From Gemmatimonadota bacterium (lineage in GTDB: Bacteria; Gemmatimonadota; Gemmatimonadetes; Gemmatimonadales; GWC2-71-9): a DNA stretch of 64,000 nt. The position numbers and the translations under genes are program-made. The stretch lies in the NCBI GenBank assembly GCA_043744895.1, contig JAYTTT010000112.1:3381-67380 (forward strand), given 5' to 3'. The notes below the pieces were generated by a model. That model worked only from the letters and a program-made list of their open reading frames with translations. It did not search any database and was not told the origin of the DNA. Within the stretch, counting starts at the first letter, position 1, and each line of letters begins with the position of its first letter. Positions 48,118-56,898 of this stretch are shown here, one piece after another.

Positions 48118-51100
48118 ATGATCGGACGGTTCGCGACGCGCCACGCCCTCTCGATCGTCTTCATCTGTGGCTCGCTCTGTCTGGCCGGCATCTATGCCGC
48201 CTCAAGCCTGGCGTCCTCGGTCTTTCCCCAGACCAACTTTCCCCGGGTCGTGATCCTGGTCGACAACGGCGTCATGCCCGGGGACGAAATGATGGCAACG
48301 ATCACCCGGCCGATCGAGGAGGCGCTGAAGGACATTCCCGGGGCGGTCAACGTGAAGTCGGCCACCGGCCGGGGCTCGGCGGAGATCAACGTCTTTTTTA
48401 CTTGGAACGTCGATATGGTGCAGTCCGAGCTCTATGTCTTGAGCCGGCTGTCCCAGATTCGAAGCACCCTGCCGGCCACCGCGTCGACCCGGGTCCAGCG
48501 CCTAACGTTCGCCGCCTTCCCGATTCTCGGCGTCAGCCTCACCAGCGAGACCCGGGACATCACCGCGCTGTGGGAAACCGCTCGCTACGACCTCAAGCCC
48601 CGGTTTCTCCAGATTCCCGGGGTCGCCCGGGTCGATCTGGTCGGCGGGCGGGCTCCCGAATATCATGTCGTGGTCGACCCGCTCCGGCTGAGCGCCGCGG
48701 GCTTGAGCTTGGCCGAGGTGACCCGGGCGCTCGAGGAGAACAATCTGGTCGCCCCGGCCGGCCTGCACGAGGAAGATCACACCCTCTACCTGACCGTGGT
48801 CGATGGCCGATTTCATTCGATCGCCAACATCGAGGATTTCGTGGTTTCGTCCGCCTCAGGCCACCCGGTCCGGCTTCGCGACGTGGCCGCCGTCATCCGG
48901 GGACCCGAGCCGGTGTTCAATAAGGTTACCGCCGACGGTCGCGCCGCGGTGCTCCTCAATATTCGGAGCCAGCCGGACGGGAGCACTCTCGACATTGCCC
49001 GCGAGCTGCGCGCTCGGATCGCGACGCTCCGGGGCGAGCTGCCGCCCGATCTCAAGCTGGCCTTCTTCTACGATCAGTCGGAAATCGTCCGGGCCTCGGT
49101 CCAGAGTGTCTGGGAGGCGATTCTCTTCGGGCTGATTCTCTCGGTGGTCATCATCTACCTGTTTCTGAGGAGCTGGAGCACGACCCTGGTGGCCACCCTG
49201 GTCATTCCGGTGACGGTGTTGATCACCCTGGTGTCGATGAAGCTCATGGGGCTCACCTTCAATCTGATGACGCTGGGCGGGATCGCCGCCGCGATCGGGT
49301 TGGTTATCGACGACGCGATCGTCGTAGTGGAAGCGATCCACACCCGGCTGGCCGAGGGCCGGTCCCACGCCGATGCGGTCGTGACCGGCCTGGCCGACAT
49401 TTTTCGTCCGTTGGTCGCGTCGACGCTGACCCCGGTCGTGGTGTTCATCCCGTTGGCGTTCCTGAGCGGGATCACCGGCGTCTTCTTCCGGGCGCTGGCG
49501 CTGACGATGGTGGTCTCGCTGCTCACCTCGCTGGCGCTGGCCGTGACCCTGACGCCGTCGCTCGCGGCCTGGTTGATTCGGGACCGGGCCAAGCGGGGCG
49601 ACGGGCCAGTGTTAGGCTGGATGATCGCCCGGTATGAGGCCGCCGTGCGTCCGGCGCTTCGGCGTCCGTGGCTCACCATGGGGGCCTGCGCGGTGGTGCT
49701 GGCCGCGGGGGTCGGTCTCTACGGGAGGCTCGAGAGCGAGTTCCTGCCCGCCATGGAGGAGGGCGGCTTCGTGATCGACTACTTCACGCCCCCAGGAACC
49801 AGCTTGACCGAAACCGACCGGCAACTCCTGCAGGCGGAGGCCATCATTCGATCGGTCCCGGAGGTGGAGAGCTACTCCCGCCGCACCGGGGCCCGGCTCG
49901 CGCTGGCCATTGCGGAACCCAACACCGGCGATTTCCTCGTCAAGCTGCGGACTGACCGGCGGCGTCCGACCGAGGCGGTCATCAGCGAGCTCCGCCGCAA
50001 GTTCAACACCGAACTCCCCGGCCTCAACTGGGATTTTCCCGGCATCCTCGGCGACTTGATCGGCGACCTGATGTGGGCGCCGAAGCCGATCGAGATCAAA
50101 CTCTACTCGACCGATCAGGCGTGGCTCAAGCGGAAGGCCCCGGAGGTGGCGGCGCAGCTGGAAAAGATCCCGGGTGTGGTGGACGTCTTCAACGGCTTGG
50201 TCTACACCGGGCCGACCCTGTCGCTCCGGGCCCGGGGGGCGGATGCCCGCCGGTTCGGCTTCACCGCCGCCGACATCGCGGCCGCCGTCAACACCGCGAT
50301 GCTGGGCCGGGTGGCGTCATCGGTGCTGGAAGGGGACCGGGTCGTGGAAATTCGGGTCAAGGTCGATTCGACCCGCCTCACGACCCTCACGCGGATTGGC
50401 GAACTCCCGCTTCGGACCCCGGCGGGGGCGCTGGTGAAACTCTCCCAGGTCGTGGATGTCGTCGAAGAACCGGGCCAGCTCGAACTTCGGCGCGAGGACA
50501 GCCGGCAAGACGTTGCCGTCGAGGCCCGCCTGGAAGGTCGTGACTTGGGGGGCGCCATCGCGGAAATTCGCCGGGTTTTGGACGCCGATGCCTCGATTCC
50601 GTCCGCCGCGATCGAGTACGGCGGCCTCTACCAGCAGCAACGCGAGTCGTTCCGGAATCTGGTCTCGGTGTTGGCGATGGCGGTGGCGCTGGTCTTCACG
50701 GTGTTGCTGCTTGAGTTCGGCTCGTTCTACGAGCCGGTCGCGATTGTCTTCGGGGCCATCCTCTCCCTCTTTGGAACCGTCCTGGCGCTCTGGGTAACGG
50801 GGACGTCTTTCAATGTGGTCTCGTTTCTCGGTGCGATCATCGGGATCGGGATCGTAGCCAAAAACGGGATCCTGATGCTGGATTACGTCCGGCACCTGCG
50901 CGAGGAAGGGGTGGACCTGGCCGAGGGTCTGATCCGGTCCGGCCGGCGCCGGCTTCGGCCGGTGCTGATGACCTCGATGGCCGCGGCCCTCGGCATGTTA
51001 CCTCTGGCCTATGGGATTGGCTCGGGCGCCGACATGCTCCGGCCGCTGGCGATTGCGGTCATCGGGGCCTTGGCGATCTCGGTCCTCCTGTCCCTGGTGG

Positions 51101-51150
51101 CGACCCCAACCCTGTACTTCCTGATGCTTCGCGGGTCGAAGCCCCGTTGA
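48118..51150 (+). CDS. RND efflux permease (CusA/CzcA/AcrB family)
   Basis: 1010 aa; NLMTLGG..AAIGLVIDDAIVVVE, GIVAKNGIL, RRLRPVLMT, PLAIAVIG. Confidence 0.93.
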   Translation: MIGRFATRHALSIVFICGSLCLAGIYAASSLASSVFPQTNFPRVVILVDNGVMPGDEMMATITRPIEEALKDIPGAVNVKSATGRGSAEINVFFTWNVDMVQSELYVLSRLSQIRSTLPATASTRVQRLTFAAFPILGVSLTSETRDITALWETARYDLKPRFLQIPGVARVDLVGGRAPEYHVVVDPLRLSAAGLSLAEVTRALEENNLVAPAGLHEEDHTLYLTVVDGRFHSIANIEDFVVSSASGHPVRLRDVAAVIRGPEPVFNKVTADGRAAVLLNIRSQPDGSTLDIARELRARIATLRGELPPDLKLAFFYDQSEIVRASVQSVWEAILFGLILSVVIIYLFLRSWSTTLVATLVIPVTVLITLVSMKLMGLTFNLMTLGGIAAAIGLVIDDAIVVVEAIHTRLAEGRSHADAVVTGLADIFRPLVASTLTPVVVFIPLAFLSGITGVFFRALALTMVVSLLTSLALAVTLTPSLAAWLIRDRAKRGDGPVLGWMIARYEAAVRPALRRPWLTMGACAVVLAAGVGLYGRLESEFLPAMEEGGFVIDYFTPPGTSLTETDRQLLQAEAIIRSVPEVESYSRRTGARLALAIAEPNTGDFLVKLRTDRRRPTEAVISELRRKFNTELPGLNWDFPGILGDLIGDLMWAPKPIEIKLYSTDQAWLKRKAPEVAAQLEKIPGVVDVFNGLVYTGPTLSLRARGADARRFGFTAADIAAAVNTAMLGRVASSVLEGDRVVEIRVKVDSTRLTTLTRIGELPLRTPAGALVKLSQVVDVVEEPGQLELRREDSRQDVAVEARLEGRDLGGAIAEIRRVLDADASIPSAAIEYGGLYQQQRESFRNLVSVLAMAVALVFTVLLLEFGSFYEPVAIVFGAILSLFGTVLALWVTGTSFNVVSFLGAIIGIGIVAKNGILMLDYVRHLREEGVDLAEGLIRSGRRRLRPVLMTSMAAALGMLPLAYGIGSGADMLRPLAIAVIGALAISVLLSLVATPTLYFLMLRGSKPR

Positions 51151-51163
51151 GGGGTGAACGCCG

Positions 51164-51949
51164 ATGCCGGCAGTCGTGTTCTCCAACGTCTCCGTCGCCT
51201 ACGGACCAACGCCGGTCCTCCGGAACGTGTCGCTCGACCTGCCCGCTCGGCAGACCCATGTGGTGCTGGGCCCGAGCGGGTCCGGCAAATCGACCCTCCT
51301 CAAGTGTCTGACCGGCCTGCTGATCCCGGCGGAGGGCTCGGTCACCGTATTCGGCCGGGGGGTGGTGTCGGCCACCCTGCCTGCCCAGCGGATGGCGAAC
51401 CGAGAAGCGGGTCTGATGATTCAGGATGGTGGGCTCTTTCCCCACCTCACGGTGGCGGACAACGTCACGCTGCCGGCGCGGCTTTCCGGGTGGCCCGATC
51501 GCCGGATCGCTGCCCGGCTCGACGAGTTGGAGACGTTCGTGGGTTTGGCAGGCGATCTCCGCCTCCGGTTCCCCCGAGCGTTGAGTGGCGGTCAGCGACA
51601 GCGGGTCGCGATCGCCCGGGCTCTGTTTCTCGATCCGCCGCTTCTCTTGCTGGACGAGCCATTGTCCGCGCTCGACCCGATGATCCGCACCGAACTGCAG
51701 GACCAGCTCAAGGAGATTTTTGAGGCGGTTGGCAAGACCGTGGTGATGGTCACCCATGACATTCCTGAGGCCCTGCACTTCGCCGACACCATTGCCCTCC
51801 TCGAGAACGGCACCCTGGTTCAGCACGGCCCGCCGGATCAGATTCTCCGCCGACCCGCCTCGGACTGGGCGAGGCTTTTCATCCGGGCATCGGTGCCCCG
51901 GTGGCGCGAGTTGGCGCGGTCGCTCCAGGCGCTCGGAGAGACACCGTGA
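51164..51949 (+). CDS. Osmoprotectant-type ABC transporter ATP-binding protein
   Basis: GPSGSGKST, GLFPHLTV..N, LSGGQRQRVAIARA, LDEPLSALDP.IR.ELQ, VTHD. Confidence 0.88.
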   Translation: MPAVVFSNVSVAYGPTPVLRNVSLDLPARQTHVVLGPSGSGKSTLLKCLTGLLIPAEGSVTVFGRGVVSATLPAQRMANREAGLMIQDGGLFPHLTVADNVTLPARLSGWPDRRIAARLDELETFVGLAGDLRLRFPRALSGGQRQRVAIARALFLDPPLLLLDEPLSALDPMIRTELQDQLKEIFEAVGKTVVMVTHDIPEALHFADTIALLENGTLVQHGPPDQILRRPASDWARLFIRASVPRWRELARSLQALGETP

Positions 51950-53442
51950 AAGGCCGGTCCCACCCGGCCATCGTTCTGGGGATCGCGATCCTGACCGGTT
52001 GCGGGTCGGAGCCGGTCGGGCCGACGATTCGGGTGGGATCGTTGCGAGATGTCGAAGGCAATCTCCTCGGCGAGCTGTTCGCCCAAGTGATCGAGGCGGC
52101 CGGGGAGGCCCGGGTCGAGCGGCGGCTCGGCCTCGGTGGCACCGGCATTGTCCTCGGCGCCCTCGATGCCGGCGAGGTCGACGTCATTCCCCTGTATTCG
52201 GGGACCCTCGCCGAAGTGGTGCTCCGGGCACCTGGCCTCACCGATGTCGCCACGATTTTGAAGCGGACCCGGGACCACGGCTATGACGTGGGAACGCCGC
52301 TCGGTTTCAACAACACGTACGGCATCGGGGTTCGCCGGGCGGTGGCCGACCGATATGGCCTCAGGCGGGTGTCCGATCTGCGCGGCAAGCCGTGGCGGGG
52401 CGGAGTGACGCCCGAATTCCACGAGGCGGCGACCGGTCTCTCGGGAATGGTCAAGGCCTACGGACTGACGCTTGGCGCCACCCGGACCATGGAACACGCG
52501 TTGTCCTACGTGGCGCTCGCGTCGGGAGAGGTGGACTTCGTCGACGTCTACACGACTGACGCGGCGATCCGGCAGCAGGATCTGATCGTCCTCGAGGACG
52601 ACCTCGGAGTCTTCGCGCGCTACGAGGGACTCGCCCTGGCTCGGCCGGGCTTTGCGAAGCGGTTTCCTCGTTCGTGGGCCGCGCTCGAGAGCCTGGGCTG
52701 GCGGTTTTCGGACCCGACCATGACCCGGCTCAACAGTCAGTTCGAGATCGACCGTCGGGATCCGGCCGCGGTCGCCGCCGGGTTTCTCGCTTCGCTGCCG
52801 AACCGGGTGGGGCGCCCTCTGCCCGCCGCGCCGCAGGCCGCGCGGTGGCGGGTCTGGCGGCGCCTGACGCTGGAGCATGGATTCCTGGTCGGCATTTCCC
52901 TGGCAGCCGCACTCCTGTTCGGAGTGCCGCTCGGGGTGTGGGCCGGTCACCGGCCCCGGGTGGCTCGGTGGGTGTTGTCGCTGGTCGGCGTGGTCCAAAC
53001 GATTCCCGGGGTCGCTCTCCTCTGCTTCTTCATCCCGGTTCTCGGCATTGGCTGGAAGCCGGCGGTCTACGCGTTGGCACTCTATGCTTTGCTGCCGGTC
53101 GTCCAAGGCGCCATTACCGGATTGCAGCAGATCGACCGAAGCCTGGGGGACGTGGCCGCGGTGCTCGGGATGACTCGATGGCAGCGACGGCGTTTGGTGG
53201 AGTTTCCGCTTGCCGCGCCCGCGCTCCTGGCCGGAATCCGAGTGGCGGCCGTCACCAACGTCGGCACCGCGGCGCTGGCGGCACTGGTTGGGGCGGGCGG
53301 ATTTGGGACCCTGATCGTGACCGGGTTGGCCCTGAACGACTGGCGGGTGGTCATGCAGGGTGCCTTGCCGTCTGCCGCCCTCGCGATGCTGCTGCATGCC
53401 GGATTTTCCGCCCTTGAGTCGCGGCTGGCGCGGTGGCGGTAG
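51946..53442 (+). CDS. Glycine betaine/choline ABC transporter, fused substrate-binding protein and permease
   Basis: Lipobox LTGC; IRVGS, LGGT, GFNNTY, DVYTTDA; permease QTIPG.AL, LYALLP, VEFPLA.P, VGAGGFG. Confidence 0.85.
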   Translation: MKGRSHPAIVLGIAILTGCGSEPVGPTIRVGSLRDVEGNLLGELFAQVIEAAGEARVERRLGLGGTGIVLGALDAGEVDVIPLYSGTLAEVVLRAPGLTDVATILKRTRDHGYDVGTPLGFNNTYGIGVRRAVADRYGLRRVSDLRGKPWRGGVTPEFHEAATGLSGMVKAYGLTLGATRTMEHALSYVALASGEVDFVDVYTTDAAIRQQDLIVLEDDLGVFARYEGLALARPGFAKRFPRSWAALESLGWRFSDPTMTRLNSQFEIDRRDPAAVAAGFLASLPNRVGRPLPAAPQAARWRVWRRLTLEHGFLVGISLAAALLFGVPLGVWAGHRPRVARWVLSLVGVVQTIPGVALLCFFIPVLGIGWKPAVYALALYALLPVVQGAITGLQQIDRSLGDVAAVLGMTRWQRRRLVEFPLAAPALLAGIRVAAVTNVGTAALAALVGAGGFGTLIVTGLALNDWRVVMQGALPSAALAMLLHAGFSALESRLARWR

Positions 53443-53619
53443 CGCTCCGTCCACCGAGCACCGCGCCGTCTCACCAATCACCGGCGTCGGGCCCATGATC
53501 TACTGGTTGCCGTTCCTCAATGCGGGGGTGTTTCCGCTCGGCCTCGTCGTCGCGCCGGTGGTTGAGCCGCTCGAATCCGCCCGAGGGGCGACACACCCGT
53601 TATTTTCCCATGATCCTGA

Positions 53620-53656
53620 CCTTGAATATTCGGTCATAGCGACCGATATTTCAAGG
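53620..53656. promoter_or_regulatory. AT-rich inverted repeat abutting the start codon of the AAA ATPase gene
   Basis: CCTTGAATATTCGGTC-ATAGC-GACCGATATTTCAAGG, 13/16 paired; ATG at 53658. Confidence 0.55.
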
Positions 53657-53657
53657 C

Positions 53658-54815
53658 ATGACTACCGAACGACCCATCCACCGAGCGGCGATCGAGCGGC
53701 TGCTCCGGCAGTTTCCGGTCGTCGGCGTCATCGGCGCCCGCCAGGTCGGCAAGACCACGCTGGCTCGCCAGATCGCCGATCGGTGGCGGGGTCCAGCCGC
53801 CCATTTTGACCTGGAAGACGCCCGGGATCTTGCCCGGCTTGCCGAGCCGGCTCTTGCCCTCGGGAGCCTCCAGGGCTTGGTCGTGCTGGACGAAATCCAC
53901 CGGCGCCCCGAGTTATTCCCGTTGCTTCGGGTCCTCGCGGACCGGCCTCGCGTCAAGACCCGGTTTCTGGTCCTCGGCAGCGCCACACCCGAGTTGCTGA
54001 GGCAAAGCTCCGAAACGCTGGCCGGTCGGATCGGCTATTACGAGCTTCCCGGCCTGTCACTCCAGGAGGTGGGGGCCGAGGCGCTCGACCGGCTCTGGCT
54101 CCGGGGCGGTTTTCCCCGGGCCTATCTGGCCCGCAGCGCCGCCGAGAGCACCGCCTGGCGCACCAACTTCATCCGTACCTTCCTGGAACGAGACCTGCCC
54201 GGTTTCGGCGTCCGAACGAGCCCCACCACCATGGGGCGGTTCTGGTCGATGCTGGCCCATTACCATGGCCAGGTTCTCAACGGCTCGGAGCTCGGGCGCG
54301 CGCTGGGGGTGGCCGACACGACGGTGCGCCACTATCTCGACGTCCTCTGCGACACGTTCGTCGTCCGACAACTCACCCCGTGGCACGCCAACATCGGGAA
54401 GCGGCAGATCAAGGCGCCCAAAGTCTACGTGGCCGACAGCGGCCTGCTCCACACCCTCCTGGGGCTGTCGTCCCGGAACGACGTGGACCGGCATCCGAAA
54501 CTTGGCGCCTCCTGGGAGGGCTTTATTCTGGAATCGTTGATCGGCCATCTCGGGATCGATCGCCGTGAGCTCTTCTTCTGGGGGACCCATGCGGGCGCGG
54601 AGTTGGACTTGCTTCGAGTGCACCGGGGGCGCCGGCGGGGTTTCGAGATCAAGCGGACCAGTACGCCCAAGGTGACGCCATCGATGCGCACCGCTGTCGA
54701 GGACCTCAAGCTCGACCGACTCGACGTGATCCACGCCGGCGATCACACCTTTCCGCTCGGGCCCAAGATTCGGGCGGTGGCGGCGGGCCGCCTCCTCATC
54801 GATCTGGAACCGTGA
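53658..54815 (+). CDS. AAA_14/DUF4143 ATPase (intact)
   Basis: GARQVGKTT, VLDEIH, LGSA, SSETLAGR, RGGFP, FLERD, K.PKVY..DSGLLH, GASWEG, ELDL...GFEIK. Confidence 0.9.
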   Translation: MTTERPIHRAAIERLLRQFPVVGVIGARQVGKTTLARQIADRWRGPAAHFDLEDARDLARLAEPALALGSLQGLVVLDEIHRRPELFPLLRVLADRPRVKTRFLVLGSATPELLRQSSETLAGRIGYYELPGLSLQEVGAEALDRLWLRGGFPRAYLARSAAESTAWRTNFIRTFLERDLPGFGVRTSPTTMGRFWSMLAHYHGQVLNGSELGRALGVADTTVRHYLDVLCDTFVVRQLTPWHANIGKRQIKAPKVYVADSGLLHTLLGLSSRNDVDRHPKLGASWEGFILESLIGHLGIDRRELFFWGTHAGAELDLLRVHRGRRRGFEIKRTSTPKVTPSMRTAVEDLKLDRLDVIHAGDHTFPLGPKIRAVAAGRLLIDLEP

Positions 54816-54858
54816 CACCGTGCGGGCTAGGTTGCGTCCGTACCTCAGGAGCTAAAAC

Positions 54859-56796
54859 ATGATCCCAAGGTTGCCGTTCCCGCTTGTGTTGGTCGCCGCG
54901 GTGTTCACGGGGCCAACCGATGCGGCCCGGGCCCAGGCGCGTTCTGATTCAGCGTATCAGGTGGTTGCCACCCGGAACGTGATGGTGGTTGCCCGCGACG
55001 GCATGCGCCTGGCGACCGACGTCTACGCGCCGGGACGCAACGGAGTGGTGTCAGGCCGTTTTCCCGCCATCGTCGAACGGACCCCATACAACAAGGTCAG
55101 CGGGGCCGAGTCGCAGGTGGAGTACTTCGTACCACGGGGTTATGTGGTGGTCCGCCAGGACATCCGCGGGCGCTTTGCCTCCGAGGGCAAGTGGCGGCCG
55201 TTGCGGGACGACGGGCCCGACGGGGCCGACCTGCTGGCCTGGATCGCGGCCCAGCCGTGGTCCAATGGCAAGGTGGGCACCGTGGGGACGTCGTACAGCG
55301 GCGCCACCCAGCATGCCATTGCCATCACCAACGCGCCCAGCCTGGCCGCGATGGTGCCGGTCGACGCGATGAGCAATGCCGGCTACTACGGGATCCGCCA
55401 CCACGGTGCGTTCGAGTTGCGCTGGCTCAACTGGATCATGACGTTAGGCAACGCCACCGGCACCCGGGCGGCCGCTGACGGGCTCTCGGCCAGCCAGAAC
55501 GGCGTCGCGGCCGCGGCGCGTGCCGCCGCGACCCCCGCGGCCTCCGGCGCGCTCCAGGAACTCGGGACCATGGTCCGTGAGTACGCGTCGGCCCTGCCCC
55601 TCCGGCCCGGCACTACCCCGCTCAAGTTTGCGCCCGAGTACGAGTCGTGGCTGGTGGAGGCGATGCGCCACGGGGACAACGACAGCTTCTGGCGCGACAT
55701 GGGCGCCGGGGTGGTCGATCATCTGAAGGAGTACCAGGACGTCCCGGCCCATCACTTCACCGGGTGGTACGACTCGTGGGGCACCCAGGTGGCCAACATG
55801 AACTACGTCGAGCTGTCGCGAGCCAAGAAGAGCCTCCAGCGCCTGACGATCGGCCCGTGGACCCACGGCGGGCAGGGGCTGAGTTTCGCTGGGATTGCCG
55901 AATTTGGCCCGGAGGCTGCGCTCGACATGAACGCCCTTCGCATGCGCTGGTTCGATCGCTGGTTGCTGGGGATCGACAATGGGGTGGACCGCGAGCCGCC
56001 GGTCCGGGTCTTCGTCATGGGAGGGGGGGATGGTCGCAAGACCCCGGACGGCCGCCTTTTCGTCGGCGGACGGTGGCGCGAGGAGCGCGAGTGGCCGCTG
56101 GCCCGCACCGCCTACACACCCTACTACCTGCACTCCGATGGCGTTTTGTCCCCTGAGCTGCCCAAGGCGGCGGCGCCGACCTCCTACGCCTTCGACCCGC
56201 GCCATCCGGTGCCCACGATCGGGGGCAACGTCTCGTCGGAGGGCATTCTGATGCCGCGCGGCGCCCAGGATCAACGTTGCTCGAGCGCGCACTGGCTCTG
56301 CCAGGACGCCCTTCCGCTCTCGGCCCGACAGGACGTGCTGGTGTTTCAGACGGCGCCCCTGGAGCGTGACATCGAAGTCACCGGCCGCTTGGTCGTGAAG
56401 CTCTGGGCCGGCTCCGACGCGAAGGACACCGACTTCACCGTCAAACTGGTCGACGTCTACCCGCCGAACGCCGACTATCCGGCGGGGGTGGACCTCAATG
56501 TTGCCGACGGCATCGTCCGGGCCCGGTACCGCACCTCGCTCACCCGGCCCACGCTCCTCACCGGCAGCGATCCGCGCGAATACACCATCGAGATGTACCC
56601 CACCTCGCTGGTGTTCGCCCGCGGCCACCGCCTCCGCCTCGACGTGTCGAGCAGCAACTTCCCACGCTTCGACGTCAATCCCAACACCGGCGAACCCCTC
56701 GGAAGGCAACGGAGCCGGCGGATCGCGCAGAACAGCGTGTACCACGACCCAATCCATCTTTCCCGGATCCTACTGCCCATCATCCCCAAGCCCTGA
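54859..56796 (+). CDS. Secreted CocE/NonD-family hydrolase (peptidase S15)
   Basis: RTPYNK, QDIRGRFASEG, nucleophile GTSYSG, GWYD, GPWTH, SSNFPRFDVNPNTG. Confidence 0.92.
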   Translation: MIPRLPFPLVLVAAVFTGPTDAARAQARSDSAYQVVATRNVMVVARDGMRLATDVYAPGRNGVVSGRFPAIVERTPYNKVSGAESQVEYFVPRGYVVVRQDIRGRFASEGKWRPLRDDGPDGADLLAWIAAQPWSNGKVGTVGTSYSGATQHAIAITNAPSLAAMVPVDAMSNAGYYGIRHHGAFELRWLNWIMTLGNATGTRAAADGLSASQNGVAAAARAAATPAASGALQELGTMVREYASALPLRPGTTPLKFAPEYESWLVEAMRHGDNDSFWRDMGAGVVDHLKEYQDVPAHHFTGWYDSWGTQVANMNYVELSRAKKSLQRLTIGPWTHGGQGLSFAGIAEFGPEAALDMNALRMRWFDRWLLGIDNGVDREPPVRVFVMGGGDGRKTPDGRLFVGGRWREEREWPLARTAYTPYYLHSDGVLSPELPKAAAPTSYAFDPRHPVPTIGGNVSSEGILMPRGAQDQRCSSAHWLCQDALPLSARQDVLVFQTAPLERDIEVTGRLVVKLWAGSDAKDTDFTVKLVDVYPPNADYPAGVDLNVADGIVRARYRTSLTRPTLLTGSDPREYTIEMYPTSLVFARGHRLRLDVSSSNFPRFDVNPNTGEPLGRQRSRRIAQNSVYHDPIHLSRILLPIIPKP

Positions 56797-56805
56797 CCCG
56801 CCCTC

Positions 56806-56854
56806 GCCGAGCGCCGAGCCCCGAGTGCCGAGCCCCGAGTGCCGAGCGCCGAGA
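56806..56854. repeat. Intergenic tandem heptamer repeat, 7 copies of SCCGAGY
   Basis: gccgagc gccgagc cccgagt gccgagc cccgagt gccgagc gccgaga. Confidence 0.9.
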
Positions 56855-56880
56855 ATCCCCCTTGCCTCCGCGGTCTCGTT

Positions 56881-56898
56881 ATTGCATGTTTATGCATT
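56881..56898 (+). promoter_or_regulatory. ARG-box-like operator immediately upstream of argG
   Basis: atTGCATgtttATGCAtt, a 5-4-5 palindrome in an AT-rich patch abutting the argG ATG. Confidence 0.65.

Noticed and set aside
53445..53610. Hydrophobic peptide fragment (MIYWLPFLNAGVFPLGLVV) between the ABC permease and the ATPase
   Set aside because: May be another gene remnant, but too short to assign a family
56806..56854. Repeat as a CRISPR array
   Set aside because: 7-bp units with no spacers and no cas genes
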